Source of the DNA: a virus
Taxonomy: Duplodnaviria; Heunggongvirae; Uroviricota; Caudoviricetes
IMG/VR virus record: IMGVR_UViG_2671181019_000001
Strand: one strand, 5' to 3'
DNA: 9,740 nucleotides
Part shown: positions 1 through 9,740 of the stretch, in pieces
How positions within the stretch are numbered: the first letter of the stretch is position 1
Layout: each line of letters begins with the position of its first letter
Notes under the pieces: generated by a model
The model's database searches: none
Told to the model about the DNA's origin: nothing
What the model saw: only the letters and a program-made list of their open reading frames with translations
Translations under genes and position numbers: made by a program

Positions 1-2825
<2,825 letters not shown>

Positions 2826-2845
<20 letters not shown>

Positions 2846-4145
2846 TCTCCCGCATATTGCCAGCATGGCTTTTAATGAGCCGCTGATGCTTGAACCCGCC
2901 TATGCGCGGGTTTTCTTTTGTGCGCTTGCAGGCCAGCTTGGGATCAGCCGCCTGACGGATGCGGTGTCCGGCGACAGCCTGACTGCCCAGGAGGCACTCG
3001 CGACGCTGGCATTATCCGGTGATGATGACGGACCACGACAGGCCCGCAGTTATCAGGTCATGAACGGCATCGCCGTGCTGCCGGTGTCCGGCACGCTGGT
3101 CAGCCGGACGCGGGCGCTGCAGCCGTACTCGGGGATGACCGGTTACAACGGCATTATCGCCCGTCTGCAACAGGCTGCCAGCGACCCGATGGTGGACGGC
3201 ATTCTGCTCGATATGGACACGCCAGGCGGAATGGTGGCGGGGGCATTTGACTGCGCTGACATCATCGCCCGTGTGCGTGACATAAAACCGGTATGGGCGC
3301 TGGCCAACGACATGAACTGCAGTGCAGGTCAGCTGCTTGCCAGCGCCGCCTCCCGGCGTCTGGTCACGCAGACCGCCCGGACAGGCTCCATCGGCGTCAT
3401 GATGGCTCACAGTAATTACGGTGCTGCGCTGGAGAAACAGGGCGTGGAAATCACGCTGATTTACAGCGGCAGCCATAAGGTGGATGGCAACCCCTACAGC
3501 CATCTACCGGATGATGTCCGGGAAACACTGCAGTCCCGGATGGATGCAACCCGCCGGATGTTTGCACAGAAGGTGTCGGCATATACCGGCCTGTCCGTGC
3601 AGGCTGTGCTGGATACCGAGGCTGCAGTGTACAGCGGTCAGGAGGCCATTGATGCCGGACTGGCTGATGAACTTGTGAACAGTACCGATGCGATCACCGT
3701 CATGCGTGATGCACTGGATGCACGTAAATCCCGTCTCTCAGGAGGGCGAATGACCAAAGAGACTCAATCAACAACTGTTTCAGCCACTGCTTCGCAGGCT
3801 GACGTTACTGGCGTGGTGCCAGCGACGGAGGGCGAGAACGCCAGCGCTGCGCAGCCGGACGTGAACGCGCAGATCACCGCAGCGGTTGCGGCAGAAAACA
3901 GTCGCATTATGGGGATCCTCAACTGTGAGGAGGCTCACGGACGCGAAGAACAGGCATGCGTGCTGGCCGAAACCCCCGGTATGACCGTGGAAACGGCCCG
4001 CCGTATTCTGGCCGCAGCACCACAGAGTGCACAGGCGCGCAGTGACACTGCGCTGGATCGTCTGATGCAGGGGGCACCGGCACCGCTGGCTGCAGGTAAC
4101 CCGGCATCTGATGCCGTTAACGATTTGCTGAACACACCAGTGTAA
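2826..4145 (+). CDS. C: Prohead protease / minor capsid protein C (S49 ClpP-like peptidase family)
   Basis: GTG start at 2826 preceded by GAGGAGGAG, protein begins VTAELRNLPHIASMAF; 439 codons to TAA at 4143-4145; overlaps B by 20 nt. The track ORF from 2691 is an in-frame upstream extension with no ribosome binding site. Confidence 0.92.
3540..4145 (+). CDS. nu3: Scaffolding protein Nu3, in-frame internal start within C
   Basis: ATG at 3540 in the C frame (MDATRRMFAQKV...), 201 codons sharing the C stop; the lambda nested C/Nu3 arrangement. The start is assigned by homology, not by an obvious strong Shine-Dalgarno. Confidence 0.8.
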   Translation: MDATRRMFAQKVSAYTGLSVQAVLDTEAAVYSGQEAIDAGLADELVNSTDAITVMRDALDARKSRLSGGRMTKETQSTTVSATASQADVTGVVPATEGENASAAQPDVNAQITAAVAAENSRIMGILNCEEAHGREEQACVLAETPGMTVETARRILAAAPQSAQARSDTALDRLMQGAPAPLAAGNPASDAVNDLLNTPV

Positions 4146-4154
4146 GGGATGTTT

Positions 4155-4487
4155 ATGACGAGCAAAGAAACCTTTACCCATTACCAGCCGCTGGGCAACA
4201 GTGACCCGGCTCATACCGCAACCGCGCCCGGCGGGTTGAGTGCGAAAGCGCCTGCAATGACCCCGCTGATGCTGGACACCTCCACCCGTAAGCTGGTTGC
4301 GTGGGATGGCACCACCGACGGTGCTGCCGTTGGCATTCTTGCAGTTGCTGCTGACCAGACCAGCACCACACTGACGTTCTACAAGTCCGGCACGTTCCGT
4401 TATGAGGATGTGCTCTGGCCGGAGGCTGCCAGCGACGAGACGAAAAAACGGACCGCGTTTGCCGGAACGGCAATCAGCATCGTTTAA
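4155..4487 (+). CDS. D: Head decoration protein D
   Basis: 110 aa [12 protein letters not shown]...AGTAISIV, recognised as lambda gpD; AAGGGA 5 nt upstream of ATG 4155. The track ATG at 4149 overlaps the Shine-Dalgarno and is unlikely to be the start. Confidence 0.95.
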   Translation: MTSKETFTHYQPLGNSDPAHTATAPGGLSAKAPAMTPLMLDTSTRKLVAWDGTTDGAAVGILAVAADQTSTTLTFYKSGTFRYEDVLWPEAASDETKKRTAFAGTAISIV

Positions 4488-4504
4488 CCTGACCCTTCAT
4501 CACT

Positions 4505-4529
4505 AAAGGCCGCCTGTGCGGCTTTTTTT
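4505..4529 (+). terminator. Intrinsic-terminator-like hairpin between D and E
   Basis: AAAGGCCGC (4505-4513), loop CTGT, GCGGCTTTT (4518-4526): 9-bp stem with one G-U pair, followed by a run of 7 T (4523-4529). Confidence 0.5.
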
Positions 4530-4542
4530 ACGGGATTTTTTT

Positions 4543-5568
4543 ATGTCGATGTACACAACCGCCCAGCTGCTGGCGGCAAATGAGCAGAAATTTAAGTTTG
4601 ATCCGCTGTTTCTGCGTCTCTTTTTCCGTGAGAGCTATCCCTTCACCACGGAGAAAGTCTATCTCTCACAAATTCCTGGACTGGTAAACATGGCGCTGTA
4701 CGTTTCGCCAATTGTTTCCGGTGAGGTTATCCGTTCCCGTGGCGGCTCCACCTCTGAATTTACGCCGGGTTATGTCAAGCCGAAGCATGAGGTGAATCCG
4801 CAGATGACCCTGCGTCGCCTGCCGGATGAAGATCCGCAGAATCTGGCGGACCCGGCTTACCGCCGCCGTCGCATCATCCTGCAGAACATGCGTGACGAAG
4901 AGCTGGCCATTGCTCAGGTCGAAGAGATGCAGGCAGTTTCTGCCGTGCTCAAGGGCAAATACACCATGACCGGTGAAGCCTTCGATCCGGTTGAGGTGGA
5001 TATGGGCCGCAGTGCGGCGAACAACATCACGCAGTCCGGCGGCACGGAGTGGAGCAAGCGTGACAAGTCCACGTATGACCCGACCGACGATATCGAAGCC
5101 TACGCGCTGAACGCCAGCGGCGTGGTGAATATCATCGTGTTTGATCCGAAAGGCTGGGCGCTGTTCCGTTCCTTCAAAGCCGTCAAGGAGAAGCTGGATA
5201 CCCGTCGCGGCTCTAATTCCGAGCTGGAGACAGCGGTAAAAGACCTGGGCGAAGCGGTGTCCTATAAGGGGATGTATGGCGATACGGCGATCGTCGTGTA
5301 TTCCGGACAGTACGTGGAAAACGACGTCAAAAAGAACTTCCTGCCGGACAACACGATGGTGCTGGGGAACACTCAGGCACGCGGTCTGCGCACCTATGGC
5401 TGCATTCAGGATGCGGACGCACAGCGCGAAGGTATTAACGCCTCTGCCCGCTACCCGAAAAACTGGGTGACCACCGGCGATCCGGCGCGTGAGTTCACCA
5501 TGATTCAGTCAGCACCGCTGATGCTGCTGGCTGATCCTGATGCGTTCGTGTCCGTACAACTGGCGTAA
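4543..5568 (+). CDS. E: Major capsid protein (HK97-fold)
   Basis: 341 aa MSMYTTAQLLAANEQKFKFDP...AFVSVQLA, recognised as lambda gpE; ATG 4543 follows GGGA and a T-run. The track start at 4516 is a GTG inside the upstream hairpin. Confidence 0.96.
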   Translation: MSMYTTAQLLAANEQKFKFDPLFLRLFFRESYPFTTEKVYLSQIPGLVNMALYVSPIVSGEVIRSRGGSTSEFTPGYVKPKHEVNPQMTLRRLPDEDPQNLADPAYRRRRIILQNMRDEELAIAQVEEMQAVSAVLKGKYTMTGEAFDPVEVDMGRSAANNITQSGGTEWSKRDKSTYDPTDDIEAYALNASGVVNIIVFDPKGWALFRSFKAVKEKLDTRRGSNSELETAVKDLGEAVSYKGMYGDTAIVVYSGQYVENDVKKNFLPDNTMVLGNTQARGLRTYGCIQDADAQREGINASARYPKNWVTTGDPAREFTMIQSAPLMLLADPDAFVSVQLA

Positions 5569-5570
5569 TC

Positions 5571-5597
5571 ATGGCCCTTCGGGGCCATTTTCTCTCT
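5571..5597 (+). other. Perfect 7-bp hairpin with TTCG tetraloop plus pyrimidine tract immediately 3' of E
   Basis: ATGGCCC (5571-5577), TTCG (5578-5581), GGGCCAT (5582-5588), then TTTCTCTCT. Begins 2 nt after the E stop codon. Confidence 0.45.
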
Positions 5598-5609
5598 GTG
5601 GAGGAGTCC

Positions 5610-6005
5610 ATGACGAAAGATGAACTGATTGCCCGTCTTCAGGTGCTGGGTGAGCAACTGAACCGTGATGTCAGCCTGACGGGGACGAAAGAAGAACTGG
5701 TGCTCCGTGTGGCAGAGCTGGAAGAGGAGCTTGATGACACGGATGACGCTGCCGGTCAGGACACATCTGTCAACCCGGAAAATGCGCTGACCGGACATGA
5801 AAATGAGGTGGTATCAGCGCAGCCGGATACCGTGATTGATACGGCTGCTCTGGTCACGGTCGTGGCACTGGTGACGCTGCATACTGATGCACTTCACGCC
5901 ACGCGGGATGAGCCTGTGGCATTTGTGCTGCCGGGAACGGCGTTTCGTGTCTCTGCCGGTGTGGCAGCCGAAATGACAGAACATGGCCTGGCCAGAATGC
6001 AATAA
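5610..6005 (+). CDS. FI: DNA packaging / head assembly protein FI
   Basis: ATG 5610 with GGAGGA at 5600-5605; 131 aa MTKDELIARLQVLGEQLNRDV... with acidic central linker; position and sequence consistent with lambda FI. Confidence 0.9.
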   Translation: MTKDELIARLQVLGEQLNRDVSLTGTKEELVLRVAELEEELDDTDDAAGQDTSVNPENALTGHENEVVSAQPDTVIDTAALVTVVALVTLHTDALHATRDEPVAFVLPGTAFRVSAGVAAEMTEHGLARMQ

Positions 6006-6016
6006 CGGGAGGCGCT

Positions 6017-6370
6017 GTGGCTGATTCCGATAACCTGTTCGATGCTGCCATTGCCCGCGCCGATGAAACGATACGCGGGTACATGGGAACGTCAGCCACC
6101 ATGACATCCGGTGAGCTGTCCGGTGCTGTGATACGTGGTGTTTTTGATGACCCTGAAAATATCAGCTATGCCGGACAGGGGGTGCGCGTTGAAGGCTCCA
6201 GCCCGTCCCTGTTTGTCCGGACTGATGATGTGCGGCAGCTGCGGCGTGGAGACACACTGACCATCGGCGAGGAAAACTTCTGGGTGGACCGGATTTCGCC
6301 GGATGATGGCGGAAGCTGTCATCTCTGGCTTGGGCGTGGCGTGCCGCCTGCCGTTAACCGTCGCCGCTGA
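6017..6370 (+). CDS. FII: Head-tail connector (head completion) protein FII
   Basis: GTG start 6017 preceded by GGGAGG (6007-6012); 117 aa MADSDNLFDAAIARADETIRGYMG...; consistent with lambda gpFII. Confidence 0.9.
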   Translation: MADSDNLFDAAIARADETIRGYMGTSATMTSGELSGAVIRGVFDDPENISYAGQGVRVEGSSPSLFVRTDDVRQLRRGDTLTIGEENFWVDRISPDDGGSCHLWLGRGVPPAVNRRR

Positions 6371-6381
6371 AAGGGGGATGT

Positions 6382-6960
6382 ATGGCCATAAAAGGTCTTG
6401 AGCAGGCCGTTGAAAACCTCAGCCGTATCAGCAAAACGGCGGTGCCTGGTGCCGCCGCAATGGCCATTAACCGCGTTGCGTCATCCGCGATATCGCAGTC
6501 TGCGTCACAGGTTGCCCGTGAGACAAAGGTACGCCGGAAACTGGTAAAGGAAAGGGCCAGGCTGAAAAGGGCCACGGTCAAAAATCCGCAGGCCAGAATC
6601 AGGGTTAACCGGGGGGATTTGCCCGTAATCAAGCTGGGTAACGCGCGGGTTGTCCTTTCCCGCCGCAGACGTCGTAAAAAGGGGCAGCGTTCATCCCTGA
6701 AAGGTGGCGGCAGCGTGCTTGTGGTGGGAAACCGTCGTATTCCCGGCGCGTTTATTCAGCAACTGAAAAATGGCCGGTGGCATGTCATGCAGCGTGTGGC
6801 CGGGAAAAACCGTTACCCCATTGATGTGGTGAAAATCCCGATGGCGGTGCCGCTTACCACGGCGTTTAAACAGAATATTGAACGGATACGGCGTGAACGT
6901 CTTCCGAAAGAGCTGGGCTATGCGCTGCAGCATCAACTGAGAATGGTAATAAAGCGATGA
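6382..6960 (+). CDS. Z: Tail completion protein Z
   Basis: 192 aa ORF, ATG 6382 after AGGGGG; position between FII and U and size match lambda gpZ; stop overlaps U start (ATGA). Confidence 0.9.
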   Translation: MAIKGLEQAVENLSRISKTAVPGAAAMAINRVASSAISQSASQVARETKVRRKLVKERARLKRATVKNPQARIRVNRGDLPVIKLGNARVVLSRRRRRKKGQRSSLKGGGSVLVVGNRRIPGAFIQQLKNGRWHVMQRVAGKNRYPIDVVKIPMAVPLTTAFKQNIERIRRERLPKELGYALQHQLRMVIKR

Positions 6961-7352
6961 AACATACTGAACTCCGTGCAGCCGTACTGGATGCACTGGA
7001 GAAGCATGACACCGGGGCGACGCTTTTTGATGGTCGCCCCGCTGTTTTTGATGAGGCGGATTTTCCGGCAATTGCCGTTTATCTCACCGGCGCTGAATAC
7101 ACGGGCGAAGAGCTGGACAGTGATACCTGGCAGGCGGAGCTGCATATTGAAGTTTTCCTGCCTGCTCAGGTGCCGGATTCAGAGCTGGATTCGTGGATGG
7201 AGTCCCGGATTTATCCGGTGATGAGCGATGTCCCGGCACTGTCAGATTTGATCACCACGATGGTTACGCAGGGCTATGAGTATCGTCGTGATGACGATAT
7301 GGCGTTATGGAGTTCTGCAGATCTGACTTATTCCATTACATACGAGATGTGA
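6957..7352 (+). CDS. U: Tail terminator protein U
   Basis: 131 aa [45 protein letters not shown]...; consistent with lambda gpU; ATGA overlap with Z. Confidence 0.92.
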   Translation: MKHTELRAAVLDALEKHDTGATLFDGRPAVFDEADFPAIAVYLTGAEYTGEELDSDTWQAELHIEVFLPAQVPDSELDSWMESRIYPVMSDVPALSDLITTMVTQGYEYRRDDDMALWSSADLTYSITYEM

Positions 7353-7359
7353 GGACGAT

Positions 7360-8106
7360 ATGGCAACACCAAATCCCCTTGAGCCGGTAAAAGGTGCCGG
7401 TACCACTCTGTGGGTTTACAACGGCAAGGCTGATGCTTATGCAAACCCGTTGTCAGACGATGGCTGGCAGCGACTGGCTAAGGTGAAGGATCTGACGCCG
7501 GGCGAGATGACGGCTGAACCCTACGATGATAACTACCTGGATGATGAAGACGCGGACTGGACCGCGACCGGGCAGGGACAGAAATCTGCAGGTGATACCA
7601 GTTTTACGCTGGCCTGGAAACCGGGAGATGAAGGCCAGAAAGGGCTTATAGGCTGGTTTGAAAGCGGCGATGTCCGGGCCTATAAAATCCGTTTTCCGAA
7701 TGGCACGGTGGATGTGTTTCGTGGCTGGGTCAGCAGTATCGGTAAGGCCGTGACGGCGAAAGAAGTGATCACCCGCACGGTGAAAGTCACTAACGTGGGT
7801 AAACCTTCTGTAGCGGAAGAACGCAGCAAAATTACGCCGGTCACTGCGATTAAGGTAACGCCGACAGGTACGGTTGAAAAAGGGAAAACAACCACCCTGA
7901 CCGTTACTGTGGAACCGGAAAATGCAACGGATAAGACATTCAGGGCGATTTCCGCCGATCCATCAAAAGCCACCATTAGCGTGAAAGATATGACGATTAC
8001 TGTGACGGGGGTTAAGGATGGAAAAGTCAGCATCCCTGTGATTTCCGGTAATGGTCAGTTTGCTGCGGTGGCTGAAATTACCGTTAATAATGTGCCGGGT
8101 GGCTAA
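7360..8106 (+). CDS. V: Major tail tube protein with C-terminal Ig-like (Big_2-type) domain
   Basis: 248 aa; GAGGA upstream of ATG 7360; N-terminal two thirds resemble lambda gpV ([10 protein letters not shown]..., [37 protein letters not shown]); C-terminal Thr/Val-rich beta-strand region typical of Ig-like domains. Confidence 0.93.
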   Translation: MATPNPLEPVKGAGTTLWVYNGKADAYANPLSDDGWQRLAKVKDLTPGEMTAEPYDDNYLDDEDADWTATGQGQKSAGDTSFTLAWKPGDEGQKGLIGWFESGDVRAYKIRFPNGTVDVFRGWVSSIGKAVTAKEVITRTVKVTNVGKPSVAEERSKITPVTAIKVTPTGTVEKGKTTTLTVTVEPENATDKTFRAISADPSKATISVKDMTITVTGVKDGKVSIPVISGNGQFAAVAEITVNNVPGG

Positions 8107-8124
8107 AGAGCTGAGAGATAAGCG

Positions 8125-8556
8125 ATGTTCCTGAAAACAGAACAATTTGAATATAACGGTGTATCCGTCACGCTTTCTGAGCTGTCTGCGCTGCAGCGTA
8201 TTGAGCATCTTGCCCTCCTGAAACGGCGGGCAGAAGAGGCTGAAGCCAGCGGCAACCTGCAGGTGAGTGTGGAAGATCTTGTCAGAACCGGCGCGTTTCT
8301 GGTGGCGATGTCCCTGTGGCATAACCATCCACAGAAAACGCAGTCACCGTCAATGAATGAGGCCGTGATGAAGATAGAGCAGGAAGTGCTCACCACCTGG
8401 CCTGCCGATGCCATTGCCCGGGCGGAAGACGTGGTGTTGTGCCTGTCCGGGATGATCGAAGCTGTTCGTCCGGATACTGATATTACTGAAGTGGCGAAAA
8501 ATAACACGCTGACTGATGATGATTTTTCTGCGGGAAAGTCTTCGACGGCGAGCTGA
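8125..8556 (+). CDS. G: Tail assembly chaperone G
   Basis: 143 aa MFLKTEQFEYNGVSVTLSELSALQRIEHLALLKRR...; lambda gpG-like; contains the slippery heptamer near its 3' end. Confidence 0.9.
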   Translation: MFLKTEQFEYNGVSVTLSELSALQRIEHLALLKRRAEEAEASGNLQVSVEDLVRTGAFLVAMSLWHNHPQKTQSPSMNEAVMKIEQEVLTTWPADAIARAEDVVLCLSGMIEAVRPDTDITEVAKNNTLTDDDFSAGKSSTAS

Positions 8557-8996
8557 ACTTTGCCCTCAGACTGGCGCGTGAGATGGGGAGACCCGACTGG
8601 CGCGCCATGCTTGCCGGGATGACATCCACCGAATATGCCGACTGGCACCGTTTTTACCGCACGCATTATTTTCAGGATACCCAGCTGGATATGCATTTTT
8701 CCGGGCTGACGTACGCTGTACTCAGCCTGTTTTTTTGCGATCCGGATATGCATCCCTCTGATTTCAGTCTGCTTGTCCCCCGGCATGAGGAAGAGCAGGT
8801 GGAGAGGCCGGATGAGGACAAAATGCTGATGCAGAAAGCGGCAGGACTTGCCGGAGGCGTCCGGTTCGGTGGGGACGGAGGGCGCGATATTTTATCGTCT
8901 GCGGATGTGGCGGATGTCATGGTGGATGATGCCGCATTAATGATGGCTTCAGCGGGGATTCCGGGAGGTGTGAGATATGTCCCAGCCGGTTGGTGA
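8125..8996 (+). CDS. T: Tail assembly chaperone G-T fusion product via -1 frameshift at 8532-8538
   Basis: G frame 8125..8538 joined to the -1 frame 8538..8996. The T-frame region has no convincing independent start and ribosome binding site, consistent with expression only as a fusion. Stop overlaps the H start by 20 nt. Confidence 0.85.
8532..8538 (+). other. Programmed -1 ribosomal frameshift slippery heptamer G GGA AAG
   Basis: GGGAAAG at 8532-8538, with GGA and AAG as in-frame G codons (G frame from 8125). A -1 slip reads GTC at 8538 onward and continues open to TGA at 8994-8996 (the frame of track ORF 8583..8996). Confidence 0.85.
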
Positions 8997-9740
8997 TCTT
9001 GTTATTGACCTGAGTCTGGATTCTGTCCGTTTCGATGAGCAGATGAGCCGGGTAAGGCGTCATTTTTCAGGTCTGGATACCGACGCCAGAAAAACCGCCA
9101 GTGCTGTTGAACAGGGCCTGAGCCGCCAGGCGCTGGCTGCACAAAAAGCCGGGATTTCCGTCGGGCAGTATAAAGCGGCCATGCGAACCCTGCCCGCACA
9201 GTTTACGGATATCGCCACGCAGCTTGCCGGTGGTCAGAATCCCTGGCTGATCCTGCTGCAACAGGGCGGTCAGGTGAAGGACTCCTTCGGCGGGATGATC
9301 CCCATGTTCAGGGGACTTGCCGGTGCGATCACCCTGCCGATGGTCGGGGTCACCTCGCTGGCGGTGGCGACAGGTGCGCTGGCGTACGCCTGGTACCAGG
9401 GCGACGCCACGCTTTCAGAATTTAATAAAACCCTGGTTCTTTCCGGTAATCAGTCCGGACTGACTGCCGATCGTATGCTGACTCTCTCAAGAGCCGGGCA
9501 GGCAGCAGGGCTGACGTTTAACCAGGCGAGAGAGTCACTGGCAGCCCTGGTGAATGCCGGTGTGCGTGGTGGTGAACAGTTTGATGCCATCAACCAGAGT
9601 GTCGCGCGTTTTGCGTCTGCATCCGGTGTGGAGGTGGATAAAGTCGCTGAAGCCTTCGGGAAGCTGACCACTGACCCGACGTCGGGACTGATGGCGATGG
9701 CGCGCCAGTTCCGTAACGTGACGGCAGAGCAGATTGCGTA
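8977..9740 (+). CDS. H: Tail tape measure protein, N-terminal portion (3' end beyond window)
   Basis: ATG 8977 preceded by GGAGG (8964-8968); my translation MSQPVGDLVIDLSLDSVRFDEQMSRVRRHFSG... stays open to the window end; lambda gpH-like with substitutions. Confidence 0.93.
   Translation, partial: MSQPVGDLVIDLSLDSVRFDEQMSRVRRHFSGLDTDARKTASAVEQGLSRQALAAQKAGISVGQYKAAMRTLPAQFTDIATQLAGGQNPWLILLQQGGQVKDSFGGMIPMFRGLAGAITLPMVGVTSLAVATGALAYAWYQGDATLSEFNKTLVLSGNQSGLTADRMLTLSRAGQAAGLTFNQARESLAALVNAGVRGGEQFDAINQSVARFASASGVEVDKVAEAFGKLTTDPTSGLMAMARQFRNVTAEQIA

Noticed and set aside
3012-3503. 163 aa minus-strand ORF antisense to C
   Set aside because: Same reasoning: antisense to the conserved protease gene, no start context, no recognisable motif.
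4149-4154. ATG at 4149 extending D by two codons
   Set aside because: It overlaps the AAGGGA Shine-Dalgarno; the recognised gpD N-terminus MTSKETF begins at 4155.
4516-4542. Upstream start at 4516 extending E by 9 codons
   Set aside because: It is a GTG inside the D-E hairpin; the recognised gpE N-terminus MSMYTT begins at 4543.
5571-5609. Upstream ATG at 5571 extending FI by 13 codons
   Set aside because: This ATG is the first base of a perfect hairpin stem and has no Shine-Dalgarno; ATG 5610 has GGAGGA upstream and gives the expected N-terminus MTKDEL.
7680-8033. 117 aa minus-strand ORF antisense to V
   Set aside because: Its hydrophobic T/V-rich translation mirrors the sense-strand Ig-like domain codons; no independent support.
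8103-8786. 227 aa minus-strand ORF antisense to G and T
   Set aside because: Entirely inside conserved sense-strand genes, Arg/Ser/Cys-rich low-complexity translation typical of antisense reading of GC-rich coding DNA, and no recognisable ribosome binding site or domain.

Overview
This window is a contiguous stretch of the late morphogenetic operon of a lambda-like (lambdoid) siphovirus or prophage, all on the + strand in canonical lambda order: 3' part of terminase large subunit A (runs off the 5' edge), W, B (portal), C (prohead protease) with nested Nu3 (scaffold), D (decoration), E (major capsid), FI, FII, Z, U, V (major tail), G and the G-T frameshift product, and the 5' part of H (tape measure, runs off the 3' edge). 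Genes are tightly packed with overlapping stop/start codons, and I see no tRNA, rRNA, CRISPR array, insertion sequence or inserted accessory (moron) gene. Minus-strand and off-frame ORFs in the track look like by-products of GC-rich coding sequence. I do not see an undescribed system here; the points worth a second look are two hairpins flanking the major capsid gene, the G-T slippery site, the nested Nu3 start, and apparent mosaic divergence of the tail genes relative to lambda. All comparisons to lambda are from memory, not from a search.
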